A DNA stretch of 64,000 nucleotides from an uncultured Nitrososphaeraceae archaeon (GTDB taxonomy: Archaea > Thermoproteota > Nitrososphaeria > Nitrososphaerales > Nitrososphaeraceae): assembly GCA_963765895.1 (NCBI GenBank), contig CAVXZB010000064.1, positions 32,001 to 96,000 on the forward strand. The letters are read 5' to 3'. Each line of letters opens with the position of its first letter. The stretch's first letter is position 1. The position numbers and the translations under genes were made by a program. The notes under the pieces are model-generated. The model did not search any database. It was not told the origin of the DNA and saw only the letters and a program-made list of their open reading frames with translations. Of this stretch, positions 11,347-22,367 are shown piece after piece.

Positions 11347-11632
11347 ATCCGTCCTCTAATCAGAATCATAATCTAAGGTTATAAAAATGATCTACCTTGA
11401 TCTGTGTCACTGCTGGTATAGGATAATGTCGTAAGGCTATCTAACCCTTGCAAAATAGGATCTAAATTTCGAATGTTTAGAAAACCGTCTTATCTTTTCA
11501 TGACAAAACCTTAAAAGACTATTATAAGCACAATTCTTCATAATCAATCTTAAATTTAATTTATTTCTTGTTTGTAAGCAAGTAGTACTCATAGCGTATC
11601 TGACTGGTGTTCTTTGGTTACGAAGAAATCCG

Positions 11633-12298
11633 ATGTCAATGGTATTCTCTGCTCTGAGCCCATTTTCACTTCTTTTTGTGCTTTTCGTAGTTAGCAACGG
11701 CCAGTATGTGCAGTTTGCACTCGCGGGGAGTCTTGTCATGTCTCTTGTTGGATATGGTCTATCACTCGGCCAGGATATTTCGTTTTACAAAACTGAATAT
11801 AAAATCCAGGATATGTTTGTTGCCTCGCCGGTGTCCTCACTCACATATATGACTGGACTTGCCCTCTCAGAACTCCTATTTGGGCTGCCGGCATTAGGTG
11901 TTCTCGCTTTTCTTGTATTAAACTTTGGAACATCGCTTAGCGACCTGCCACTGCTGATTTCGACTATCTTTCTAGTATGGGGATCAATGTCAGCAATTGG
12001 ATTTTTTCTATCCTCACATATGCTGCACCTTAGGAATGCAACTCAAATCATATCGTTTGTAAATGTGGTTCTTGCAGTACTGCCTCCAGTTTACTATTCC
12101 ATAACAAGGCTTCCCGAAAATCTACAATATATTGCCTACCTGGTGCCTACTACACACGCATCCCTAATATTTCAGTCAATTATGGGCCTTCATACTCCAA
12201 AGGATTGGTCCATTCCAATGGGTCTATTCGTCCAAATTGTATATCTAATTGCATTCATCGTCTTAGCAAAAACGAAGGCGTTATGGAGAGAATTATGA
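11633..12298 (+). CDS. ABC-2 type transporter permease (true start probably upstream, the frame is open back to ~11560)
   Basis: About six hydrophobic segments, ASPVS and PPVYY...LP...IAYLVPTTHA; no ATPase gene adjacent. Confidence 0.8.
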   Translation: MSMVFSALSPFSLLFVLFVVSNGQYVQFALAGSLVMSLVGYGLSLGQDISFYKTEYKIQDMFVASPVSSLTYMTGLALSELLFGLPALGVLAFLVLNFGTSLSDLPLLISTIFLVWGSMSAIGFFLSSHMLHLRNATQIISFVNVVLAVLPPVYYSITRLPENLQYIAYLVPTTHASLIFQSIMGLHTPKDWSIPMGLFVQIVYLIAFIVLAKTKALWREL

Positions 12299-12646
12299 CT
12301 GGAATAAAATTAATCCCCACAAATCTTTAGTTCTAATTCAGTTTTCAACTAAATGAACAGAATTCCTTTGTACGGTGATGCCGTTATGAAATGAATCGCA
12401 CTCCGAAAATGATACTGCGCTCTATCGAGGATTTATTTGTTCTATTTTGAGATGTAATTAGTCAGGTAAGATCTATAACTAACCTATGTGGTTGGGATTA
12501 AGAATAGACAGTCGCCACTAATCTGAGCTATGCCTGAGCTAATGAAATTATGACGATCAGATTTTGATCTAAATTTCGCTTGTGGAGGATAGGCGAAGAT
12601 TTTTATTCTAGCGACGATGTTTTGACTTTTACAGGGATTAATTGAA

Positions 12647-12901
12647 TTGTCGTCTTCGCCATCGCAGCACCAACCGAAAAGGCCATTATCTACACTCCAG
12701 CGAGCAATAAACCGTAGAGTAGCGGTTAGATTAAAAAATGAGATAGAATATCGTGGAAAAATGAGCAACGTCGACTCCTACATGAATCTGATCCTAGTTG
12801 ATGCAGAAGAATTTAATGGCTCATCTGCTCTTGCGAATTATGGCAAGGTTGTAATACGCGGGAACAATGTCCTCTTCATAAATCTGGAGAAGGAATTTTG
12901 A
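12647..12901 (+). CDS. Sm/Lsm-like archaeal RNA-binding protein
   Basis: Sm1 motif YRGKMSNVDSYMNLIL and Sm2 motif VVIRGNNV. Confidence 0.93.
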   Translation: MSSSPSQHQPKRPLSTLQRAINRRVAVRLKNEIEYRGKMSNVDSYMNLILVDAEEFNGSSALANYGKVVIRGNNVLFINLEKEF

Positions 12902-12943
12902 ACGAGTGGTAACAGTTAGAATACTTGGGTAGTAAATTCTGAA

Positions 12944-14089
12944 ATGGTTAGGAGATATCTTTTTACCTCCGAAAGCGTAACCGAGGGACATCCTGATAAG
13001 GTTTGTGACCAAGTCTCGGATTCAATACTCGATGAATTTCTTGCTGTAGACCCTAATGCTCGGGTCGCAGTCGAGGCAATGACCACAAAGGGCATAGTGC
13101 TTGTTGCAGGGGAAGTTAGTTCAAATGCTGGAGTAGATCTGCAAAAGGTCATTAGGAAAACGATTGGTGAAATTGGATATGACAGAGCAGAGCATGGTTT
13201 TGATAGTAATAGCTGCGCTGTCCTGACTTCGCTACAAGAGCAAAGCCCAGATATTTCTATGGGAGTAGATACGGGAGAAAATAAGGAACAAGGGGCTGGA
13301 GATCAGGGTATCATGTTTGGGTATGCTACGAATGAAACCACTGATTTAATGCCATTACCAATAGCAATGGCACACAAGCTATCGATGAAGCTCTCGCAAC
13401 TTCGAAGAAATAAGGAGATAGACTGGATTAGGCCAGATGGCAAGTCACAGGTTTCAGTTGTTTATGAAGATTCGAAGCCGTTAAGAATTGATTCTGTTGT
13501 CATATCGACGCAGCATTCTCCAGAGATAGGCTTGGATCAATTGAGACAGGAAGTCATTGACAAAATAATAATGGCCGTCTGCGGAAGCTGGCTTGACAGC
13601 AAAACCAAATTCTTCGTTAACCCAACTGGGAGATTTGTCATTGGCGGGCCTTCAGGGGATACCGGCTTAACAGGAAGAAAGGTTATAGCCGACACATATG
13701 GAGGAATGGGGAGACATGGCGGCGGTGCGTTCTCAGGAAAAGATCCATCCAAAGTAGATAGGTCAGGTTCTTATATGGCTCGATATATTGCAAAAAATAT
13801 AGTTGCATCAGGATTAGCGGATAGATGTGAGGTACAGATTGCATATGCAATCGGTGTTGCTGAACCTGTGTCTGTCATGGTTGACACGTTCAAGACCGGT
13901 ATACTACCAGAGGATCAGATAGAAGATAAAATCAGAAGAACTTTTGATATGCGCCCAGGATCCATAATCGAGAATTTGAATCTGAAAAGACCAATATACA
14001 AGAAGACTGCAGCGTATGGGCATTTCGGCCGAACAGATCCATCCTTTACGTGGGAAAAAGTCGACAGGCAGTCACTGTTGATAAAGTAA
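12944..14089 (+). CDS. metK: S-adenosylmethionine synthetase, bacterial/eukaryotic type
   Basis: [43 protein letters not shown]. Confidence 0.97.
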   Translation: MVRRYLFTSESVTEGHPDKVCDQVSDSILDEFLAVDPNARVAVEAMTTKGIVLVAGEVSSNAGVDLQKVIRKTIGEIGYDRAEHGFDSNSCAVLTSLQEQSPDISMGVDTGENKEQGAGDQGIMFGYATNETTDLMPLPIAMAHKLSMKLSQLRRNKEIDWIRPDGKSQVSVVYEDSKPLRIDSVVISTQHSPEIGLDQLRQEVIDKIIMAVCGSWLDSKTKFFVNPTGRFVIGGPSGDTGLTGRKVIADTYGGMGRHGGGAFSGKDPSKVDRSGSYMARYIAKNIVASGLADRCEVQIAYAIGVAEPVSVMVDTFKTGILPEDQIEDKIRRTFDMRPGSIIENLNLKRPIYKKTAAYGHFGRTDPSFTWEKVDRQSLLIK

Positions 14090-14243
14090 CAAATACCTGT
14101 ACAAACTTTTATCCAATTGATTAATAGATGAATATGGAGGCGTTATGGGTGTAATGAATGATAAAAGTAGTGCAATGCTGTTTGAGGATGGTATTGAATA
14201 TATGATATGAGAGGTATATCTTTAGGACAACTGGAGATAATCT

Positions 14244-15458
14244 ATGAAAAATGATCAAGTGGCGGCTGGGTCAGAGAAGATGAATAAGGGCCAAATCGCT
14301 AGCGAGCACTTGGATCTGCAACGTATATCCAAAGATAAACCTGAAAAGCGAAATTTGAGAACTGGGTATACTACAGGAGCATCTGCCGCAGCCGCGACGA
14401 ATGCCTCATTGAAGTTACTTCTTTTTGGTGAGAAGGTTAAAGAAGCAGTTATCCTTTTACCAAATAAAAAACCTGCATGGCTTAAAATTGCCTGGAGCAA
14501 GCTAGAGTCCGACGGATCTGCTACAGCTGCAGTGATAAAGGATGGTGGAGATGATCCAGATGTAACAAATGGGGCTGAAATTTGCTCAACCGTCTCACTA
14601 ACGCGCGATGTAGGGGTTCTAGCCGTCGAGGGCGGTATTGGAGTTGGTAGAGTCACGAAACCAGGCCTTGGCTTGGAGATTGGGCGACCGGCAATTAATA
14701 GAGTACCGAAAAAAATGATTGAACAGGTAAGTTCTGAAATTGCTTCTGAAGTGCTTAAGAATAGCGGTGTCAAGATCACAATATCTGTCCCGGACGGTGA
14801 ACAGATTGCAAAAAAGACTGATAATCCTAGATTGGGCATAATCGGAGGTATTTCTATTTTAGGAACTACGGGTATTGTGTTTCCATATTCGACGGCGTCC
14901 TTTGCTGCATCAATAAAACAGAGTATTGATGTTGCAGTAGCTATGGGGACTAGTACAGTTATACTTAGTACCGGGTCAACTAGCGAAGATTATGCAAAAC
15001 TATTGTTCGGATCATCTTTGCCGGAGCATTCATTCATCCAAATAGGTGATTTTGTTGGATACGCTGTTAGACAATCTGCAACTAAGAAGATTTCCAAGGC
15101 CATCATCACCGGATTCATTGGAAAGCTAACTAAAATGGCAATGGGTGTTAGCCAAACTCATGTTAAGGGATCGCATGTCGATTTAAAATTTATGGCAGCT
15201 CTTGCGACGGAATGTAAATTGCCAGCAGACGCAATAGCAGAAATTGGAAAGGCAAATACAGCCAGGCATGTCGGAGAAATTGTTAGACGATACTCGAGAC
15301 AGGATTTTTTCGATAACCTGTGCAGGAAGGTATTCGAATTTCTGCGTAAGTATTCGAACTATGTCATCGAAATTGAGGTTGTTATGTTCGATTTTGATGG
15401 TACAGTATGTAGCAGATACCCCTACGAGAGTTCGGACAGGCTAAGTGCAGTTATATGA
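14244..15458 (+). CDS. cbiD: Cobalt-precorrin-5B C1-methyltransferase
   Basis: LRTGYTTG, KDGGDDPDVT, GVGRVTKPGL, NPRLGIIGGISILGTTGIV. Confidence 0.95.
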   Translation: MKNDQVAAGSEKMNKGQIASEHLDLQRISKDKPEKRNLRTGYTTGASAAAATNASLKLLLFGEKVKEAVILLPNKKPAWLKIAWSKLESDGSATAAVIKDGGDDPDVTNGAEICSTVSLTRDVGVLAVEGGIGVGRVTKPGLGLEIGRPAINRVPKKMIEQVSSEIASEVLKNSGVKITISVPDGEQIAKKTDNPRLGIIGGISILGTTGIVFPYSTASFAASIKQSIDVAVAMGTSTVILSTGSTSEDYAKLLFGSSLPEHSFIQIGDFVGYAVRQSATKKISKAIITGFIGKLTKMAMGVSQTHVKGSHVDLKFMAALATECKLPADAIAEIGKANTARHVGEIVRRYSRQDFFDNLCRKVFEFLRKYSNYVIEIEVVMFDFDGTVCSRYPYESSDRLSAVI

Positions 15459-15813
15459 ACTCAACCAGTAGGATAATAGCTACAGGGAATTGGCCAGTTA
15501 GAGTGGGAAATGGCAATACGGCAATTCTAAGTTATCCAAGCACCATTTTTTTAAATTCTACGATCGAATGTAAAATAATTGGTATAGGTATGGCTCTTTT
15601 AATGATTTCTGCAAGACTACAATCAAGATAAACATCAGTATCCCGTTAAAGATTTGTTTTAGATATATTTTTGAATCGGAGAAAGATACTAGTTAGATCG
15701 GTCCAAGTACTCCTTAAACAATAACTTGACGTAATGTCAAAATGTGTGGCATATTTTCGATAGAGAATCTTTTTGCGCCGGTCTATCTATTTTGCTCTAT
15801 TCACTGATATATG

Positions 15814-16449
15814 CTACAGCTGAGAATTATTTCTTTGTATTAACATCAACGCATTAATTATTGACGCAGCAACTGAACTTCCGCCTTTTCTTCCTATATT
15901 GCTTATTAAAGGAACATCTAACCCAAGTAGATCTATTTTCGATTCCGATGCAGAGACAAATCCAACTGGTGTACCAATTATGAGTGCAGGGATCGAAGCA
16001 TTCTCCCGTACCATATCGATCACTTCAAGTAATGAACTGGGTGCATTGCCTACTATTACGATCCCTCCATTTATTTCCGAACTTGCATAACGCATAGCTA
16101 ACTGGGCTCGAGTCTTATTTGATTTTATTGAGTTTTCTATCACACTTTCTTTAGAAATGTGACACGACACCTTCAGGCCAAGACTTTTGATGGAATTTTT
16201 ATTGATACCTGAAACGACCATATCTACGTCGGCTACAATTGCACATTTTCTCTCTATTGCCTTAAGGGCCAAACTTATAGGCTCATTACGAAAAATGATC
16301 CTATTTTTACCAGCAAAATCAAAGTCTGCAGTAGAATGAATAACTCTACGTACTATGTTCCATTCCGACTGGGAATATTCGTGTTGACCGACTTCCGCAT
16401 CTATAATTTGGAAACTTCTTTGCTCTATACTGAGGGACTTGTCTGACAT
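15814..16449 (-). CDS. cbiC: Cobalt-precorrin-8 methylmutase
   Basis: RRVIHSTADF, IVGNAPS, GTPVGFV, GRKGGSSVAA. Confidence 0.95.
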   Translation of the reverse strand: MSDKSLSIEQRSFQIIDAEVGQHEYSQSEWNIVRRVIHSTADFDFAGKNRIIFRNEPISLALKAIERKCAIVADVDMVVSGINKNSIKSLGLKVSCHISKESVIENSIKSNKTRAQLAMRYASSEINGGIVIVGNAPSSLLEVIDMVRENASIPALIIGTPVGFVSASESKIDLLGLDVPLISNIGRKGGSSVAASIINALMLIQRNNSQL

Positions 16450-16480
16450 TCCCCTTAATTTAGAAGAATCACTCGAGTTC

Positions 16481-17248
16481 TTAAAATCCAGCTCTTTCTT
16501 CTACCTCTTTTGCTCGTTCCAATATTAAGTCGACTATTTTATCATCTACACCTAAGTGTTTTCCCACATACGCATTGTTGAAGCCGGAATTCTCAAGGGA
16601 TCCCTTGATGTCAAGGACCAGATCACGTTTTATATGGATCCCCCGATGAAGAAAATAAGGGATCAGAATCAGGATATTCGGAGACTTTAAAAGTGCTAAT
16701 TCGATTCCTTCAGCTATAGATGGGTGTTCCAATTCTAGGAAACAGAACTCAACATTCCGGAAGTACGGTCTTAGTGCATTAACGACATATAGTAGAGCTT
16801 GTCTAGCGCTTCTGTCGCTACTTCCATGTCCTATCAACATGATATCACAATTAGAGTTTTCATAGCTGATCTGATGTTCCATCTTAGCTTGCCCAATTCT
16901 TTCCAGGATTATTTGAGGCATAATGGAATGAAAGGTCAATGGTCTTGCAATTGCCATCTTTATATTTTTAGTGGCGCAAATTTGAGCTGATATTTTGACA
17001 GATTCCTTTAATTTCAGTCCAGGATAAAGAAAGTAGGGCAAAATAGTAATTGAATCTGCTCCGTTTTCAATGCACGATTTAATGCCTTCATTGATGAATG
17101 GAGGAACAACTTCCAAAAAACAATAATTAGCATATTTATAATCTGCCCTAGAGAGTAACATCGAACAAATAGATCCAAGTTCATCTCTTACCTCTATCTC
17201 TTTGCTTCCCCTATCGATCATCAAAAGGGCCTTCTTCAATTTAATCAA
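16481..17248 (-). CDS. cbiX: Sirohydrochlorin cobaltochelatase, two-domain CbiX
   Basis: Two CbiX domains; HGS and PYFLHRGIH in the second domain. Confidence 0.9.
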   Translation of the reverse strand: MIKLKKALLMIDRGSKEIEVRDELGSICSMLLSRADYKYANYCFLEVVPPFINEGIKSCIENGADSITILPYFLYPGLKLKESVKISAQICATKNIKMAIARPLTFHSIMPQIILERIGQAKMEHQISYENSNCDIMLIGHGSSDRSARQALLYVVNALRPYFRNVEFCFLELEHPSIAEGIELALLKSPNILILIPYFLHRGIHIKRDLVLDIKGSLENSGFNNAYVGKHLGVDDKIVDLILERAKEVEERAGF

Positions 17249-18320
17249 ACCTTACTCTGGCTACAGCGATGGTAAGATTGGGTGGAAGTTTCTGCTTTGG
17301 GACGATGAGGACTCCCTGTGAACTAAGGATTGCAGATGACTCGGCAACACTAAATGTGCCTTCAAATTTATTTACAATTTCCGACGGATTAGGTACTGGA
17401 ATAGAAGCCAATTCCTCTTTGCTAAACATTTGTACAGGAATCTTATAATCTGAGGAGAATTCATGTAAACCGCTTATTTTCTTGTCTCTCTGAAGAGTTG
17501 AAATATTTCTAATACTTCTAAGACTCAACTCATTTTTTTGCATCAAATCTTCAATACTCTCTGAAATAGTATTCTTATTAGTGTCCCAATGTAGACCCAC
17601 TCCAACCACCAAACTCTTTGGTCTATATATAACTGATTTTTCAAGTATATCGGGATCTTTTATAACCTTTTCCGATATGACAAGACCTCCTTTGAATTCG
17701 GGAGCCCAAAGTTCCTTGAGATCCTCGACCCTGCTAACGTTATTCGGAAGCTTGCCTTTGTACCACTTTTTCTGACCCGCATCCTGAAAAATTCCAATTT
17801 TTTCCTCATTGACCATCATAGCGCTAACCTTTGTGATATTTTCATAATTTTCAATCTCCCAGCCATATTCTCTGCCTACAAGGTCCACTGCTATAGTTTC
17901 ATTTACATCAGCAGCAGTCGTTATGACAGGTTTTGCACCAGGAAAGTATGTTGCAATTTGCTCGGCCATAGAATTGGCACCTCCTAAATGGCCCGATAGA
18001 GCACTAATTACAAAGTTTGCCTTATCGTCAATAACTAAAATAGCAGGATCGGTCTTCTTATCGCCAATATGGGGTGAAATTAATCTAATTACAGCTCCTA
18101 ATGAAAAGATACATATCAATGCTCGGCTAGTTTTGAATAAATTTTGGACGATCTTTGAAGTTTGCTCGGTAAACCAAACGATCTCGTTGTCGGAATCATT
18201 GAATTTTGCTGGTGAGTAGACTTTAATGCCTTTTAGATTTCTTTTGATAACTCGCGCTATATCCAACCCGTGTTTTGTAATAGCTAGTACCGCAATATCT
18301 TTATCCAAATACTCTGACAA
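17241..18320 (-). CDS. cbiG: Cobalt-precorrin-5A hydrolase
   Basis: DKKTDPAILVID, LSGHLGGAN, VITTAAD, SVAESSA. Confidence 0.95.
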   Translation of the reverse strand: MSEYLDKDIAVLAITKHGLDIARVIKRNLKGIKVYSPAKFNDSDNEIVWFTEQTSKIVQNLFKTSRALICIFSLGAVIRLISPHIGDKKTDPAILVIDDKANFVISALSGHLGGANSMAEQIATYFPGAKPVITTAADVNETIAVDLVGREYGWEIENYENITKVSAMMVNEEKIGIFQDAGQKKWYKGKLPNNVSRVEDLKELWAPEFKGGLVISEKVIKDPDILEKSVIYRPKSLVVGVGLHWDTNKNTISESIEDLMQKNELSLRSIRNISTLQRDKKISGLHEFSSDYKIPVQMFSKEELASIPVPNPSEIVNKFEGTFSVAESSAILSSQGVLIVPKQKLPPNLTIAVARVRFD

Positions 18321-18507
18321 TCACTTCATAGACCTTCCAGGCTTAAAATAACCTTTTGGTGAAAAATTAGTCTTCCAACAATATTGCCAAGACACGATGC
18401 TGGAATTTGAGAAGTATATTAATATTATTTTGCTTGCATTCTTCTAACCAAGTTAATAAGTCTTGATAATTAAATAGTACGGATACAGAATAGCGTAATA
18501 AGTCAAG

Positions 18508-18966
18508 ATGAAAGAAATATCCACAGAAATAATCATTCAGGGCTCTAGTGCAGATGTTTGGAATGTGCTGACGGATTTTCGAAGCTATCCTAGGTGGAAT
18601 CCCTTCATAAAGGAAATTAGGGGGGATCTAATAGTCGGATCTAAGTTAGAATTAAAAATAGTAACGCCTAAAAAAAAGATAAGAACATACAATCCTGTGG
18701 TTACTGTAGTTACTCCGAATAGTGAGCTAAGATGGTATGGAAGGGCTTTTATGCCAGGTATATTGGATGGCGAACGTATTTTTAAAATTAGTCATAACGG
18801 CAGTCAGTCGGTCCGCTTTGAACATAAGGAAATATTTAGCGGATTAGGTGCTTTAATAGGGAGTAGATTTTTAGTAAAGGACGTTTTCGAGAGCGAGAAC
18901 AACATGAATACAGCCCTTAAGCTGGAAGTTGAATCCAAAAATAAGACAATGACAGAATTAAGGTAG
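18508..18966 (+). CDS. SRPBCC/START-domain protein
   Basis: VWNVLTDFRSYPRWNPF signature. Confidence 0.85.
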   Translation: MKEISTEIIIQGSSADVWNVLTDFRSYPRWNPFIKEIRGDLIVGSKLELKIVTPKKKIRTYNPVVTVVTPNSELRWYGRAFMPGILDGERIFKISHNGSQSVRFEHKEIFSGLGALIGSRFLVKDVFESENNMNTALKLEVESKNKTMTELR

Positions 18967-19139
18967 TTAAATGATTTAGATGACCTATCAACACTAATGT
19001 ATCGATTAAAATTTTGGCCAACCTATTCCACCCATCGGAAAGTCAAATGATAATGTCATTAACCTACTAATTTAGCTCTGATTATATCGTAGAAAATCTG
19101 CTTCTATTTGATAAGATAATTCTGAAATGGGAAGCTTGA

Positions 19140-20520
19140 CTATTTTCCCCTATATGCCCGAAAACATGCTACCAGACGCTTTAGCAACAGCTCATTAGAA
19201 AAATGGAGATGGGTGTAGGATGCAAGACACTTGTATACCACAAATCCGTCAAGATTATTAGATATTCCCGAACCTCGAGTCAATTGAAATGCGAATTTTG
19301 AGTCTTCTGCAATATTTTTTATACTGGAATAATGGAATTCATGTCCCCTTATTGTTTCGATTTTTCCCAAAATTGAACCATTTGAATGTGCTTCTGTATA
19401 ATTTAGTGTGAGCTTCGAACCCATTTGGGTTTCTGCGTCTATTAGTCCAACCATACGGCACTTCGCACCGCTATCCTCATTATTCTCACGCAAAGACTTG
19501 GTGAGGTACATCAGTCCTCCACACTCTGCTAATATAGGCAGTCCTTCTTCGGCCGATTTTTTTATCGACTGCATTATCGACCTGTTTGTCTCCAGTCTTT
19601 TTGCCATAATCTCAGGGAAGCCTCCGCCGATGATAAGACCAGCAATATTTTCAGGCAATTCTTTATCGTGGAGCGGGCTAAAGTAGACCAACTCCAGTTT
19701 ATTTTCTCTAAGTAGTTGCAAATTGTCAAAGTAATAGAAATTAAAGGACTCATCGAGCGCAACTGCAATTCTTAAATCTGTATTATACTCTTGTGTCTTT
19801 TGTTTATTAGACAAGGATTTCGAAGCTATTTTCCAGTTATTTGTTAATCGATCAAAATGGATTTTCTCAGAAACTCGCTTTGCATTAGTTAACAGCCGGG
19901 CCTTACTAAAAGAATCTAACTCCGCTGTGGGGATTAAACCGAGATGCCTCTCGGTATCTTTCAACTCTTGATCTCGTCTAATTATTCCGATAATCGGAAT
20001 TTTGACCTTTTCTGTAAAGGCCTCTTTAAGGATCCTTTCATGTTTATCGCTAGCTACATTGTTTAAAACCACCCCTGTTATTCTTAGATCCCTATCAAAA
20101 TTTTGGAAACCCAGTGCGATCGCAGCTACAGAACGACCTGCCTTACCACAGTCTATAACCAAGATTACTTCAGCTCCTAGCAATTTTGCTAAGGCTCCAG
20201 TGCTCGCCTTGTTCATCCTTACCAGAGATCCCATCGAATAGTCCCATTACTCCTTCGATAACAGCTACGTCTGCATCAGAACAGGCTTTATCAAACGACT
20301 TCAAAACACCAACTTCTCCCATCATCCATACATCTAGATTTCGCGATTGTCTTCCTGTAATGTGTGTATGATAGCTCGGATCAATAAAATCCGGACCTAC
20401 CTTGAAAGGCTGTACTATCAAACCTTGTTTTTTCAAGCCATACATAAAAGCAGCAGTAACGGTGGTTTTACCAACACCGCTAGTTACCCCAGCAATAACC
20501 AATTTGGGTATGCCTGACAA
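19140..20520 (-). CDS. cbiA: Cobyrinate a,c-diamide synthase, frameshift near 20210
   Basis: SGVGKTT, FKVGPDFIDP, EGVMGLFDG, ERHLGL, AECGGLMYL, GHEFHYS. Confidence 0.95.
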
Positions 20521-20705
20521 TACGTAAAGAGAGGAGCCTTTTTTATTTTTACCTATCGAATATTCTCCAAATCAGTTGTTAACAAATCACATAGCACTAC
20601 TATAATTCAAATTTGTAAATCCAGGGCCCTAGGGTCTATATTTCCACCCTTCAGAAGTTGCTTCGAGAAATCAGGTTGATCCTTGTCATTTTATGGCAAG
20701 TCAGA

Positions 20706-22359
20706 TTAGGCCGTTACTTCATTTCTGGCAACAGGCCTTTTTATCTTTCTTAATTTCACATTGTAAGCGAGCCCGAATCTATGTACTTCATCCCGTGCTA
20801 GTTGTACAATTTTCAGTGCAGCGCTACCTTTTGACAATTTTATCTCCTTGTCATTTTCTCGGGAATAGATTGTTTCCTCTGCCTTTGCAATCGATACACA
20901 TGGAATGTCTAACCCTAATCGTTCAATAGCATTTGCTCCTGCATGCAACTGTCCCTTTCCTCCATCAATCACGATTAGATCAGGTAGTTGATCTTGGTTA
21001 TCCTTTTGATCTACTGCTGGAGAATATCTTCTGGTAACAATTTCATAAATCATGGCAACGTCGTTCTGAGCGACACCAAGCTTTATCTTAAACCGTCTAT
21101 ATCCAGCTTTGTAGGGTCTGCCGTTTACTAGTCTCGAACATGCTCCAACTGCATACGAAGTCCCAAAGTTTGATATGTCGAAGCAATCTATAATGTTGGG
21201 AACATTGGATAAATTAAGTACAGTCCTTAATTCAGAAACACCTGGATCAGATTTGTTCTGAATACGAAGATCAATATTCTTTAGTATAAGATCCATTAAC
21301 TGTCCTTTTACAGAACTAGAATGTGGGTTAATCTTTATTATAGTCACTTTGTGACCTGCAGTTTCTCTAAGAGAAGATTCTAAAACTGATTTTGATTCAA
21401 CATTCTCGCTTACGTATATATAAGCAGGTACCACTTTTGCAGTGGAGTAATACTGAAATAGGAATGAATCCAACGAGTTATCTCCAACAAGCTCAAATTC
21501 AAACCATTTTTTGTCGCTAATAACACCCCGGGATCTTCTAAACATCATGACGTAAGCAATACCATCTTCGAGTTCATTTCGTATGCCAACATATTCTTCT
21601 TCTCGATTTGTATATTGCACCGATTCTACTTTCTGCTTTATTTGAAGATTATCCAGTTTCTGCAGCATGTCGCGGATTTCTTTTGCCCTCTCGGTACTGT
21701 TCTTGATGAGACGCAATACTCATTTGGGATTTCATATCACTTATAAAACCTTCAATCCCTTCTTTTCCGCTTAGTATATTCCGTAATGTTTGAACATTTT
21801 TGTCGTATTCAAACGAAGTAACATTGTTTATACACGGTGCATCACAATTTTTTATAAAAAACTCAAGACATGGACTTTTAGGCAATTTGTTACAGACTCT
21901 AATCTTAAATAATTTTCTTAACAGTCCTACGCTGAGGAATTTAGAACCACCATGGACCAATGGACCATATATTTCTCCTCCTTCTCCATAGAATTTTCCG
22001 TTCCTGTTGCGCCTAGCCACTAAAAGACGAGGAAACTTCTCATCTGTTATCTTAAGATAGGCATACCGCTGTTGGTCCTTGAGCTCAATATTAAAAAGTG
22101 GTCTATATCTTTTTATTAGATTAGACTCCAAAAGAAATGCTTCAGCCTCGTTGTCCGTAACAATATAATCTAAATCCTCCACCTTAGAGACCAGTCTCGA
22201 GGTTTTCCAAAATATTTCTTTTTTCTCAACAAAGTAGGAACTAACTCGTTTTTTCAGATTTTTGGCTTTACCAATATAAATAACTCTCCCGCCTTTTTCT
22301 TTCATCAGATATACTCCGGGAGCTTGCGGGATCTGTTTCAATCTAGGAGTGACTTGCAC
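20706..22359 (-). CDS. uvrC: Excinuclease ABC subunit C, frameshift near 21690-21700
   Basis: GIY-YIG domain (PGVYLM...YIGKAKNLKKRVSSYF); CFDISN, PDLIVIDGGKGQ, RDEVHRF. Confidence 0.95.
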
Positions 22360-22367
22360 AGAATTGC

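Noticed and set aside
14255-14839. Long antisense ORF over cbiD, and similar shadows over argS, uvrA, fixC and priS
   Set aside because: Fully overlap well-supported genes on the other strand and carry no motifs
14090-20700. Cobalamin riboswitch near the cbi genes
   Set aside because: No B12-box or convincing structure seen in the intergenic gaps
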